The notes: generated by a model from the letters alone, not told the origin. Positions 40,039-49,585 are shown, counted from the first letter of the stretch. The stretch is DNA of 53,785 bases from Spirochaetales bacterium (GCA_021736605.1 JAIPFQ010000003.1:1-53785); one strand, 5' to 3'. A program made the numbers and translations.

Positions 40039-41022
40039 TCACCAGCGCAAATGCACATCTTCTTTTACATACTGCGCATAGATATCATCGATTTTATGCA
40101 TAAGCGCATCTGAAAAGGGCGGAAAATCCGCTGCCTTGATATTATCCTCCGCCTGAGAAGGCCTTTTTGCTCCCGGAATCACCGTAGAAACCTCGTCAAA
40201 CATCAGAATCCACCGCAGAGCAAACTGAGCCATGGTCATTCCCTTCGGAACAAGAGCTCTGAGCTCCTCCACAGCTTCCAGCCCCTTTTCAAAACGAACA
40301 CCGGCAAAGGTCTCTCCACGATCGAATGCTGAACCATCGCGATTGAAATTCCTATGATCATCCTCCGGGAATTTTGAATCCTTCGTCATTTTACCAGTCA
40401 GCAGCCCGCTTGCCAGGGGAACTCTTATGATGATGCCTACGTCCCGTTTTTTCGCTTCCTGAAAAAAGAGCTCCCTCGGCCGCTGGCGAAATATGTTAAA
40501 GATTATCTGCACTGTACTGACATTAGGAAATTCGATGGCCTTCATGGCCTCTTCAACCTTTTCAACGCTTACGCCGTAATTTTTCAGAATACCCTCTTCC
40601 ACCATTTCATCAAGGCCAGTAAAGAGATCCGGATTGTAATACACATCCGTCGGCGGGCAGTGCAGCTGCAGAAGATCAAGGCTGTCAGTCTGAAGATTCT
40701 TTAAACTCTCCATAACAAATCCGCGGATATTTTCGGGAGTATACTTATCGGCTCTATGGGGTTTTAATTTTCTCCCCGCTTTTGTTGCAATGATTAAACC
40801 CTCTCTGCGCCGCTTATTGAGGTCAGCCAGAAAGCGTTCGCTCCGACCGTTTCCGTAGGCATCAGCAGTATCAAAAAAACTGACTCCGCCCTCCACCGCA
40901 GCTTCCAGCGCCGCCGAAGCATCCTCATCGCTTACGTCCCCCCAGCCTGCGCCGATTGCCCAGGTTCCAAAACCGATTTCCGAGACATACATGCCTGTTT
41001 TGCCTAATTTCCTGTAGTTCAT
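40039..41022 (-). CDS. Aldo/keto reductase
   Basis: VSEIGFGTW, FDTADAYG, IATKAG, DLLQLH, PLASGLLTGK, VIPGA. Confidence 0.95.
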   Translation of the reverse strand: MNYRKLGKTGMYVSEIGFGTWAIGAGWGDVSDEDASAALEAAVEGGVSFFDTADAYGNGRSERFLADLNKRRREGLIIATKAGRKLKPHRADKYTPENIRGFVMESLKNLQTDSLDLLQLHCPPTDVYYNPDLFTGLDEMVEEGILKNYGVSVEKVEEAMKAIEFPNVSTVQIIFNIFRQRPRELFFQEAKKRDVGIIIRVPLASGLLTGKMTKDSKFPEDDHRNFNRDGSAFDRGETFAGVRFEKGLEAVEELRALVPKGMTMAQFALRWILMFDEVSTVIPGAKRPSQAEDNIKAADFPPFSDALMHKIDDIYAQYVKEDVHLRW

Positions 41023-41279
41023 AAATTGCCTTCCCCTGTTTATTCCTAAATTGTATAATAAAACTTATTGTTAAGAATACATTCAAAGATCATTCAAAGC
41101 TGCTTATCCATTTAAAACAGTATAACGTATTCTCTCCCAGTACACAAATCTCAATAAAGAGAAATGCGGAAAATCAGCTCGGCTATGTTTCCTCCCCATT
41201 GTAGTCTTGAGCAGTTTTTCTGATCGTTGAACATGATGCTCCTTGTCTAAATGACCTATTCTGATTACCCTTTATACAC

Positions 41280-41448
41280 TGGCATAAAATTTTGTGATGA
41301 GTTTTTCGGGGGGATGCAGAATACATCTTACTGAAATCTTTGAAGCAAATTATTTGATTTAGAAAAACGAGAGGCTGCGCTTACGCTGCAATACTCCCTG
41401 GCTAGTGAAAAAATGAGCCGGACTGGGGTAACAACAAGCTTTGAGCCA
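41280..41448. repeat. Inverted-site element, copy K (169 bp)
   Basis: Left TGGCATAAAATTTTGTGATGAG; right GGTAACAACAAGCTTTGAGCCA. Confidence 0.65.
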
Positions 41449-41517
41449 GCGTACAACGTAGACATAAGGCCCCCAACGCGCAGCAGTATGCCCGTATTCA
41501 AACGATAGGAGAAGATC

Positions 41518-42897
41518 ATGCCGATATTTGTTAACCGTTCCCTCAACCTCAAAAAAATCAAACTCATCGGATTTGATATGGACTACACCCTTGTACCCTA
41601 CGAAACTGAAGCTTTCGAAGAGCTGACCTATACTCTGGCAAAAGAACGGCTCATCGAAGTTCTATCGTACCCCAAGGAGCTGAATCAGTACTCCTTCGAT
41701 TTCAACAGGGCTATCGTCGGCCTGGTGATAGACAAGCGCAACGGCTACCTTCTCCAGCTGAGCAGGTACAATAAAGTAAAAATTTCCTACTACGGCCTGG
41801 AGCGGGTACCCTACCGAGAGCAGAACCGCGTCTATCAGAACATGGCCATTGAACTCCGGGATCCTGATTTCCAAAGTCTTGATACAGCTTTCGCCATCTC
41901 CTACGGCGTCCTTTTTTCCCAAGCGGTGGAACTGAAAAAGCAGGGATACTCCCTTCCTTCATATCAGAAGCTGGAAAAGGATATCCATGAGGCAATCGAT
42001 ATGGTGCATCGTGACGGCTCGCTCAAATCGGAGATCAAGAAGAACTTTAAAAAATATGTAATTCTGGATCCCAGGACAGCCCAGGTTCTTGAGAGATACA
42101 AGGATTACGGCAAGAAGCTGATGATTATCACCAACTCTGATTTCTCCTATACCCAAGCCCTGCTGAATTATGCCATTGATCCGTTTCTGAAGAAACATAA
42201 GAGCTGGAAGGATGTATTTGACATGGTCATCACTTTTGCGGACAAACCGAAATTTTTCGAACATCCCGCCCGCTTCCTGAAAATAGACCCAGCCACCGGG
42301 CTCATGTCAAATCATGAGGGACCTGTGACATCAGGAATATACCAAGGGGGAAATTCAAAAAAACTTCAGCATGACATGCGTCTTCAGGGAAGTGAAATCC
42401 TTTACATCGGGGATCACATCTACGGTGACGTAGTATCCATCAAAAAGCTCTGCAACTGGCGAACAGCTCTGGTTCTGGGAGACTTGGAACGCGAGATGGA
42501 CGGAATCAGACGCTCAAAAGAGGTGCAGCAGGAGATCGATCGGCTCATGCATGAAAAAGACATTCTGGAACGGGAACTGAATCAGATCGATATACAGAAA
42601 TATGAAGGGAAAAAGGTAAAGCATCAAGTGATAGATGAACTGTTTCAGAGAATCGACAGCCTCAACACGCGAATATCTTCCCTCCTGGATGACTACATGC
42701 AGTTCTTCAACCCGTACTGGGGAGAAATCCTCCGAGCCGGTGCCGAGGAGAGCCGCTATGCGGAACAGATAGAGAAGTACGCCTGCATCTACATGACCCG
42801 AGTCTCAGACCTTTATGAATATTCACCGCGGACCTATTTCCGCCCGATCAAACGCATCATGCCCCACGAACTTGCGGTGATGGGAAAGAATTCATAA
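41518..42897 (+). CDS. HAD-IG 5'-nucleotidase (cN-II/NT5C2-like)
   Basis: IGFDMDYTL (HAD motif I), IITNS, KPKFF, YIGDHIYGDV, YACIYMTRV. Confidence 0.92.
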   Translation: MPIFVNRSLNLKKIKLIGFDMDYTLVPYETEAFEELTYTLAKERLIEVLSYPKELNQYSFDFNRAIVGLVIDKRNGYLLQLSRYNKVKISYYGLERVPYREQNRVYQNMAIELRDPDFQSLDTAFAISYGVLFSQAVELKKQGYSLPSYQKLEKDIHEAIDMVHRDGSLKSEIKKNFKKYVILDPRTAQVLERYKDYGKKLMIITNSDFSYTQALLNYAIDPFLKKHKSWKDVFDMVITFADKPKFFEHPARFLKIDPATGLMSNHEGPVTSGIYQGGNSKKLQHDMRLQGSEILYIGDHIYGDVVSIKKLCNWRTALVLGDLEREMDGIRRSKEVQQEIDRLMHEKDILERELNQIDIQKYEGKKVKHQVIDELFQRIDSLNTRISSLLDDYMQFFNPYWGEILRAGAEESRYAEQIEKYACIYMTRVSDLYEYSPRTYFRPIKRIMPHELAVMGKNS

Positions 42898-42998
42898 TTC
42901 CGATCATTTTTAAAATTGAGATCCAGCGGGTTTTGTGATTCTGATAACTGACGAATCAGAACAGTTAGTCAGAACAGCCAGGTATACATCCACTCAGA

Positions 42999-44549
42999 TC
43001 AGAACAGCCAGGAAAGCTTTTTTACCAGTCTCGGCGGAAGCTGCTCCCGGAGCTGCACTTTTTCTTCCTTCCGGATATACAGCATCCACCCGAGAACCAG
43101 ATAGAGCAGCCCTGTCCCGATACCCACTGCCGCCAGTACCATAATATTCCAGGACTCCAAAGCGATAAATCGCGAAGCCGCATAGAGGATCGCAGCCGTG
43201 GGGACTACAGGATAGAGAATCGCGAGATATACCTGTTTGATGAATTTCCAGACCTGCACTTCCGTATAGGCGGTCATCGCCGGGAGGTAGACAAATAGGC
43301 CGAATAGAACGTTCGGAATCAGCGTTCCCAAAGCTACGCCGACCGCCCCGTATTTTCGAACCAGCGCAATGCTGATGCCTAAGTTCAGGAGACTCTCCAC
43401 CGCCGTAGCAATAGAAATCAAGCGATGGCGCCCGCCCATCTGCAGGATCTTCTTCGCGTTCTTCTCCATCAGAATAGCAACAAACATGGACGTAAGCATC
43501 ACATAACACGTCATGATGGTTTTAGGATTTGTATGATCCAGCCACACATAAAGGATCTGCGGCCCCAGCAGCATGAACTCAATATACATGATGGAACCGA
43601 CAAAGATGCCGAAACGAAAACTGGCGAAGACGATATTATTGAGGCGTGCTTTTTCCCCTGAATAATGCAGGGAAGCTGCAATGGAGGAGATGCTGCCCGA
43701 AAACCCGGAAGATAGTATTCGCATGATATCCGGCAGTCGCGTTCCAATTTGATAAATGGCGATGGAACTGGTTCCTACAAAGATTCCAAGCACGAGCCGG
43801 TCGGCATTATAGGTAATAAGCTCAGCTAAAGTAACAACATAAGCAAACAGGCTGAATTCTGATATCTCCTTGATGTTCCTCCAGGTAAAATGTTTCAACT
43901 GAATCCTGAATCTCGGTATTTTTTTCTTTACATACAGATACATGACGACTTGGACCAGAAAATTGAGTCCGTTGACAAAAACTGCCAGCTCAAGCAGGCT
44001 CCCCCCCAGCTGAAATATCAGCCAGATCCCAAAGATCCTGATGATAATTGAGCCCGATACAACGATATTATCTATGTCATACCGTCGGATGCCTCCGACG
44101 ATTTCTGAGAAGATCCCCATAGGGAAAACGAGGCCATTCCCCAGGGCAAATACGAAAAAGGCAGTCTTGTAGTAGCCGATCTGCTCCCTCGGTTCCAGGA
44201 TAAAAATCCGATCCAGAATGGGGGTCAGCGCACCTGCTGCTCCTACGATCACCAGCATTGTGAGGAGATAAAAGACAAAAACGGTTGAAACAATACGATT
44301 GAGTTTTTCATAATCCCCGGAAATGTGGACTTCGGCGGTATACTTCTGCACCGTTACGCCTACGCCGAAATCCAGAATAAGGGCATACATGAAAACATTC
44401 CAGAGCAGAGACCAGAAACCGTAAAAATCCGGGCCTAATCCTTTCAGCAGCATTCTTGTCACAAAAATGGCGGAGACCATGTTGATAATTACGTAGAGGT
44501 AGTTTGATGCTATATTTTTGACAATTTGCTTTCCTAACGTGTTGTCCAC
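42999..44549 (-). CDS. MOP-superfamily oligosaccharide flippase (Wzx-like)
   Basis: Multi-pass hydrophobic protein; LGPDFYG, DFGVG, DRLVLG, NLGISIALVRKYGAVGVALGT; GTG start. Confidence 0.85.
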   Translation of the reverse strand: MDNTLGKQIVKNIASNYLYVIINMVSAIFVTRMLLKGLGPDFYGFWSLLWNVFMYALILDFGVGVTVQKYTAEVHISGDYEKLNRIVSTVFVFYLLTMLVIVGAAGALTPILDRIFILEPREQIGYYKTAFFVFALGNGLVFPMGIFSEIVGGIRRYDIDNIVVSGSIIIRIFGIWLIFQLGGSLLELAVFVNGLNFLVQVVMYLYVKKKIPRFRIQLKHFTWRNIKEISEFSLFAYVVTLAELITYNADRLVLGIFVGTSSIAIYQIGTRLPDIMRILSSGFSGSISSIAASLHYSGEKARLNNIVFASFRFGIFVGSIMYIEFMLLGPQILYVWLDHTNPKTIMTCYVMLTSMFVAILMEKNAKKILQMGGRHRLISIATAVESLLNLGISIALVRKYGAVGVALGTLIPNVLFGLFVYLPAMTAYTEVQVWKFIKQVYLAILYPVVPTAAILYAASRFIALESWNIMVLAAVGIGTGLLYLVLGWMLYIRKEEKVQLREQLPPRLVKKLSWLF

Positions 44550-44613
44550 ATTTCCCCTCCGGAGCTCTTATCCTTATGGTATCCTAAATACGATGAAATT
44601 ACCACAGAAAGTT

Positions 44614-44751
44614 CAGCCTATCACTAAGCTTAATGCCAGCTATTAAAGCCCCCCAGCCCCCCGGAGCCCCAGCCCCCCGGAGCCTAGGAACCCTAGAGCC
44701 CCCAGAGAAATTCACCTTTACACCTTTACAGCTTTACAGCAATCTGCTCAG
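44614..44751. repeat. Duplicated segment (repeat half-site C + GC-rich spacer + 3' remnant of thioredoxin-like gene)
   Basis: Homologous to 46643-46754. Begins CAGCCTATCACTAAGCTT and ends with minus-strand codons for EQIAVKL*. Confidence 0.75.
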
Positions 44752-45081
44752 ATTCCTGCTTCTTTTATGCCATATCGATATCCATCTGGTTCAGAAGTTT
44801 CCCACAGGGTTCAGAATCGAAGAAAAGCTTATGTTTGAACCACTTTACCTCCCCACATCCACATTCACTACCATTCACATCAATTCATTTTCAGGGGATA
44901 CTTGATGATCTGGAATTGATTGAGCGTTTTGAGGAACCGGGCAAAAAGCAAAAAAGCTAAGAATAGGAGAAACAACTGGAAAACTGAAAATTCTCTAAAC
45001 TGCCTTGGGAATTTCTATACCTGCCTGAACTTTGGTAAAATTTTTCGGGTATTCAGGATGCATCTCGTTCTTTTTTTCATC

Positions 45082-45792
45082 CTATTGCTTACTCAATCGT
45101 TTATTGCCTATAGTTATTTTTAGTGCGTCAAATTCACTTACAATATAGGTGAGCAATGCATAAAGAAATACTGCAGCACCAAGCATTTCAAGAAATTCTT
45201 CACAAGTATACAAAATTGATGATAAGAGGATCTTATTATTTCCGGGTGTTACAGCTTGTTTACTACCAAGCATTTCAAAGCCAATTGCGCCGGAAACAAA
45301 GATGAAACCTGATAAAATAAATAAACCCATAATTTTTTTTGGCAGATTTAGTAAAAATTTTGAGTACATTACAATAAAAATAATCAACGCAGCACCATAA
45401 GGTATTACCCACGCATAGTATAGAAAGCCTGAAGTTTCGAAAACGTTTCTAGTGCGGGGAGTTAACCTCTCATGAATCATTGCTATTTCATCAATCGATA
45501 AGAACAGAAAGAGTAAAGACAGCCCAAGCCAAGGAATATAAGAGGACTTAATTTTTTTATTACAAATTGCTGTGATATACAGCAAAGCACTGCAAACAAT
45601 AAGCATAATTGATGAGAAAAGAGTCGGAATACTTTTTTCTTCGTTAAAATCAAATAAAGGAGTAAGACCATAAATAGTATCTTGATCAAAATATAACTTT
45701 AACACTATTCCAATTGAATTTACGAACAGCAGCAGAAAAATAAGAGCAATGTGCATATTAAATATTTTTTTTGGAGATATTTCTAAGATCAT
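45082..45792 (-). CDS. Hypothetical multi-pass membrane protein (AT-rich)
   Basis: ~6 TM segments; motifs EKSIPTLFS, SIDE...HE, EEFLEMLG. Visibly more AT-rich than its neighbours. Confidence 0.85.
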   Translation of the reverse strand: MILEISPKKIFNMHIALIFLLLFVNSIGIVLKLYFDQDTIYGLTPLFDFNEEKSIPTLFSSIMLIVCSALLYITAICNKKIKSSYIPWLGLSLLFLFLSIDEIAMIHERLTPRTRNVFETSGFLYYAWVIPYGAALIIFIVMYSKFLLNLPKKIMGLFILSGFIFVSGAIGFEMLGSKQAVTPGNNKILLSSILYTCEEFLEMLGAAVFLYALLTYIVSEFDALKITIGNKRLSKQ

Positions 45793-46111
45793 GTAACGCC
45801 TCTCATTTTTTTTCGTTTCAACCCAGCCGCTCAGGTTACTGTTCAGGCTGATTTTTCTTGTTGGATATAATCAGATTGGAAATCACTTTCTCCATTTCAT
45901 CTGGCTTGGCAGCAAGAAAAAGATATCAATACGGCATGACTGATGCTGTCGTTAATAATCCCTTCAAAATACAGGCTTTACTTTTCAATATTACCTGCAG
46001 CGCTGCTGTTAGATGCTGATCCATCATCCCTTTCATTTCTGAGCAGAAAGCTTCCAGCCAACTTTTCATCTCCTTAATTAGCAGAGATTCAGCCGAGGCT
46101 GAATTGTTCTG

Positions 46112-46153
46112 CTTTTGTGCCTACTCTGTTCACTTTTGTGCCTACTCTGTTCA
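46112..46153. repeat. Tandem duplication, 2 x 21 bp (CTTTTGTGCCTACTCTGTTCA)
   Basis: Read directly from the sequence. Confidence 0.9.
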
Positions 46154-46645
46154 AAAATCCTGAAATGGTCAATACTTTTTCAGACAACTAATTAAACACA
46201 TTATGTTTTCCTGGATTTTTCCCAGATGTACAAATATTCTAAACTAGACTGTATGACTGAGTCCAGCTTGGAAGCTTTAAAAAACTGCAATTATACGAGA
46301 ATTGCCAATCCCGATGTTCCCCCTGGCCGCTATCATCAATCATAATGGAGAGATCTCTAGAGATCATAGCCTAATACCTTCCCACTATAGAAAAGAAAGA
46401 ACCCTTGGTTTCATACAACACCCTATATGCGTAAATATTTTATGTTCTCTGCAATCTGATCCCAAGCCAGTCAGCCTATATCTATGTCGGCTTGGACATC
46501 TGCAGGAAATCCTTAGAGAATCAGAAGATTTTAAGGAAGCCCCATCAGAGGTCCTTTTGAATGAGTTATAAATGAATTTTCATCTCTCTGCCTTTTTGGA
46601 GCTTGAATAATGAAGGATAATCTACTCAGACTCTACTGGAAACAG

Positions 46646-46667
46646 CCTATCACTAAGCTTTACCATC
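46646..46667. repeat. Repeat half-site D (truncated)
   Basis: CCTATCACTAAGCTTTACCA. Confidence 0.7.
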
Positions 46668-46728
46668 TAATAAATATCCCAGAGCCCCTAGAGCCCTAGA
46701 GCTCCGGGGCCCCCTGAGAAATAAACCT

Positions 46729-46956
46729 TTACAGTTTTGCTGCAATCTGCTCAGGTTTCAGCACCTTGCCGGTACTTACCACCTGCTCATCTATTACTAG
46801 TGCCGGTGTTGAAATAACATTATAGGACATGATATCATTCATTTCCGTAACTTTTTCGATGTCCGCCGCAGCTCCGGTACTTTTTAAGGCCTTCTCAACA
46901 TTTTCGTACAGCTTTCTGCACTTTGGGCATCCGCCCCCGAGAATTTTAATAGTCAT
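46729..46956 (-). CDS. Small thioredoxin-like redox-active disulfide protein (MTH895/ArsE type)
   Basis: MTIKILGGGCPKC...YNVISTPALVIDE; start re-called at 46956. Confidence 0.92.
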   Translation of the reverse strand: MTIKILGGGCPKCRKLYENVEKALKSTGAAADIEKVTEMNDIMSYNVISTPALVIDEQVVSTGKVLKPEQIAAKL

Positions 46957-46984
46957 ATACGCTCTCCTAGTGTCTTTTTTACGC

Positions 46985-47142
46985 TGGCACAAAACTTAGA
47001 GTTAAACTTAATCTTAATAAATCCAGCCCTCCCCAAGCAGAAATTTTTCCTGCATCGGCTGCTTACAGCCTGAAATACAAGTTAAACACAGCAGAGGACC
47101 TGAATTTTTCTGCTGGAAAATCCATCACCAAGTTTTGGGTCA
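46985..47142. repeat. 158-bp inverted-site element, copy E
   Basis: Left TGGCACAAAACTTAGAGTT; right CCATCACCAAGTTTTGGGTCA. Confidence 0.75.
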
Positions 47143-47210
47143 GCATTTATGTTAATCAGACGATTTTTTAGCCTGAATCATACAAATCAACAAACTTCAC
47201 CGCTAAGGCA

Positions 47211-48230
47211 TCAGAATAGTGCATTAAAAATCCAGCCGGCCGAAGTGAACATGACCAGAAGAAGAAAGAAAAAGAAAACCAGCAGCCGTGACTTCATAAC
47301 CTGCTTCAAAAGAACAAATTCCGGAAAACTTGCTGCAACAGTACTCATCATCAGCGCAAGGGTCGTTCCCACAGGCAGCCCCTTCAGAAGCAGGCTCTCC
47401 GCCACCGGGATGATACCCGTCGCATTAGAGTACAAAGGAATCCCTAAAAGTACTGCGGCGGGCACTGACCACCACTGACCATCACCCAGGGTATCAGTGA
47501 TAAACTCTTCGGGAACGAACCCATGGAGCATGGCTCCGGCCCCTACCCCGATGAGGACCCACTTCCAAATTCGACCGAAAATCGTACTAACTTCATCCTT
47601 TGCGAACAGGTGGCGCTCTTTCAAACTTAGATGGCGCGTTTTTTTACTGCCCGCCGCTTCGGCATCATCAGTATTTGCATCCGTGTTTGCACCTTTTTGT
47701 TCTTCTTCGGACATACCCTTTGCCTGAAGGCCAAGATCGGTTAGATAGCGATCAGCCTTCAACGCATCTATGATTAAGCCGCCCAGTATTCCGGCGGACA
47801 GACCGGTTATGATGTAGACAAGGGTAAAATTTATGCCGAGCAGTCCGCCCAGCAGGGCGATGGCAACTTCGTTGATCATGGGAGATGTGATGAGAAAAGC
47901 CATGGTGATTCCCAGGGGGATGCCTGCTGAGGTGAAGCCCAGAAAGAGCGGGATGCTTGAACAGGAACAGAACGGGGTAACTGCTCCGAAGAGAACGGCA
48001 ATTACATAGCCCGCCGACCGGGACTTACCTTGGAGATAGGCCCTTACGCGTTCTGTATTCAGCCCTGCTCTCAGGACGGCAATGAGGTATATCATGACCA
48101 CAACCAGGGCATATATTTTTGTCACATCTTCTATGAAGAAATGGAGACTTTCGGCTGCCCGGCTTCCTTTCTCCATGGAAAAGAGATCATATACGACTGC
48201 ATCTGCAAGCAGGGTGAAGATTCTAAACAT
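47211..48230 (-). CDS. arsP: ArsP/DUF318-family permease
   Basis: TPFCSCSSIP, FLITSPMINE, GIPLYSN, SFPE; start re-called at MFRIF. Confidence 0.85.
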   Translation of the reverse strand: MFRIFTLLADAVVYDLFSMEKGSRAAESLHFFIEDVTKIYALVVVMIYLIAVLRAGLNTERVRAYLQGKSRSAGYVIAVLFGAVTPFCSCSSIPLFLGFTSAGIPLGITMAFLITSPMINEVAIALLGGLLGINFTLVYIITGLSAGILGGLIIDALKADRYLTDLGLQAKGMSEEEQKGANTDANTDDAEAAGSKKTRHLSLKERHLFAKDEVSTIFGRIWKWVLIGVGAGAMLHGFVPEEFITDTLGDGQWWSVPAAVLLGIPLYSNATGIIPVAESLLLKGLPVGTTLALMMSTVAASFPEFVLLKQVMKSRLLVFFFFLLLVMFTSAGWIFNALF

Positions 48231-48258
48231 AGGGTTTCCCTTATTAGCTGGTATTAGC

Positions 48259-48280
48259 TGGCTCAAAGCTTAGTGAGAGG
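48259..48280. repeat. Repeat half-site F
   Basis: TGGCTCAAAGCTTAGTGAGAGG; possible degenerate partner at 48395-48416. Confidence 0.75.
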
Positions 48281-48355
48281 ATCAACAGTGATATAAAACC
48301 GCAAATCAATTATATAATCGTTTTTCTGATGTCCAAATTTCTGCAGGAAGTAAAA

Positions 48356-48787
48356 CTAAACAGAAGGAGACAGGTTGTCCGGCATCCCTGAAACAAAATC
48401 ACGAATTTTGTCTCGAACCTCTCTATAGCAATTCAGTTTCTCCTCTTCGCCTTCTAGTTCGGCTGCCATCCTCGGCGGGTCCTGAAATCCGACATGAACC
48501 ACTTTTCCGCCGCCAGGGAAATAGGGGCAGTTTTCGTATGCGTCATCACAGACAGTCACAATATAATCAAACTTCTCCTTAAGGTACTCTGAGACATGTT
48601 GAGAGACTTGATGAGAAATATCGACTCCAGCTTCTTTCATTACTTTTACAGCATGGGGATTGAGCCCATGCGTTTCTATACCTGCGGAATAGGCTTCTAT
48701 CTCCTCTCCTTTCAGAGATCGCGTCCACCCTTCAGCCATCTGGCTGCGGCAGGAATTTCCTGTGCACAAGAACAATATTTTTAACAC
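48356..48787 (-). CDS. arsC: Arsenate reductase (thioredoxin-coupled, LMW-PTP fold)
   Basis: FLCTGNSCRSQMAEG, VTVCDDAYENCPYF, FQDP; GTG start. Confidence 0.95.
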   Translation of the reverse strand: MLKILFLCTGNSCRSQMAEGWTRSLKGEEIEAYSAGIETHGLNPHAVKVMKEAGVDISHQVSQHVSEYLKEKFDYIVTVCDDAYENCPYFPGGGKVVHVGFQDPPRMAAELEGEEEKLNCYREVRDKIRDFVSGMPDNLSPSV

Positions 48788-48932
48788 CGTTCACTCCTTA
48801 CATTACGCTGTTTGCAAAACTCACAAATCGGCAGAAAGCTCAACTTTTGTCGTTTTTCCAGCTGCTTGACTCAGATAGAAATCTTTCTATTGATTTTTTT
48901 TCTGCCTATAAGTAAGATAGTGATTAAATCAA

Positions 48933-48981
48933 TATATTTCTATATATACCGAAATATAGAATTAAAAAGAATAAATGTCAA
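48933..48981 (-). promoter_or_regulatory. arsC operon promoter with overlapping ArsR-type inverted repeat
   Basis: Minus strand TTGACA-N17-TATATT; inverted repeat TATATTTC-N10-GAAATATA (48933-48958) overlaps the -10 box. Confidence 0.7.
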
Positions 48982-48995
48982 TGTTAAATATATAG

Positions 48996-49153
48996 TGGCA
49001 TAAAGCTTTTTGGTATGAATTTTTGCTTAGTTTTTTTCCTGACAAAGAATTTTTTCGATTTTCAAACGCTGTTTTGGAGCCTGGAATGGTGTTTTATAAA
49101 AAAGCTGCACAAACAGGAATATAGTAAAAGTCCTATCACCAAGTTTTGAGCCG
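48996..49153. repeat. 158-bp inverted-site element, copy G
   Basis: Left TGGCATAAAGCTTTTTGGTATG; right CCTATCACCAAGTTTTGAGCCG. Confidence 0.78.
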
Positions 49154-49167
49154 CCCTGGAGATGACC

Positions 49168-49533
49168 ATGAAAGAAGCCTTAGAAATCCTTAAAGCCCTG
49201 AGCGATGAAAACCGGATGAGAATTTATCTCATGCTCCAACAGAAGCCTATGTGCGCATGCGAACTTCTCTCCGTTCTTGACATAGCCGGTTCGACTCTCT
49301 CTGCTCACTTAAAGATTCTACGCAATGCGAACCTCATAGAACAGAAAAAAGAAGGCCGCTGGATCGAGTACGGAATAAAAATTTCTCAGTTGAATAAAAA
49401 ATTGGAAGCATTTCTCTTGGAAACCCTTATAGCAGATCCTCAAATTATTCAGCAGGATAGAAAAGAAGCCCAAGCACTTGACCGTCTCAGCTGCTCACAG
49501 CAGAAACAAACTGAAGAAAAAAACCTTCACTAA
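49168..49533 (+). CDS. arsR: ArsR/SmtB-family regulator
   Basis: KALSDENRMRI, metal site MCACEL, STLSAHLKIL, KEGRWIEY; divergent from arsC. Confidence 0.9.
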   Translation: MKEALEILKALSDENRMRIYLMLQQKPMCACELLSVLDIAGSTLSAHLKILRNANLIEQKKEGRWIEYGIKISQLNKKLEAFLLETLIADPQIIQQDRKEAQALDRLSCSQQKQTEEKNLH

Positions 49534-49544
49534 ATTTTTTGCCA
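49524..49544. repeat. Repeat half-site H, containing the arsR stop codon
   Basis: CCTTCACTAAATTTTTTGCCA; TAA at 49531-49533. Confidence 0.65.
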
Positions 49545-49585
49545 GCGCATAGGAACAAATTACAGTATGCGACTGACCCCCCCCA

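Noticed and set aside
45850-46571. Short ORFs or possible pseudogene fragments between the membrane protein and trx genes
   Set aside because: No recognisable motif or well-spaced SD. It may be decayed coding DNA, but I cannot support a call.
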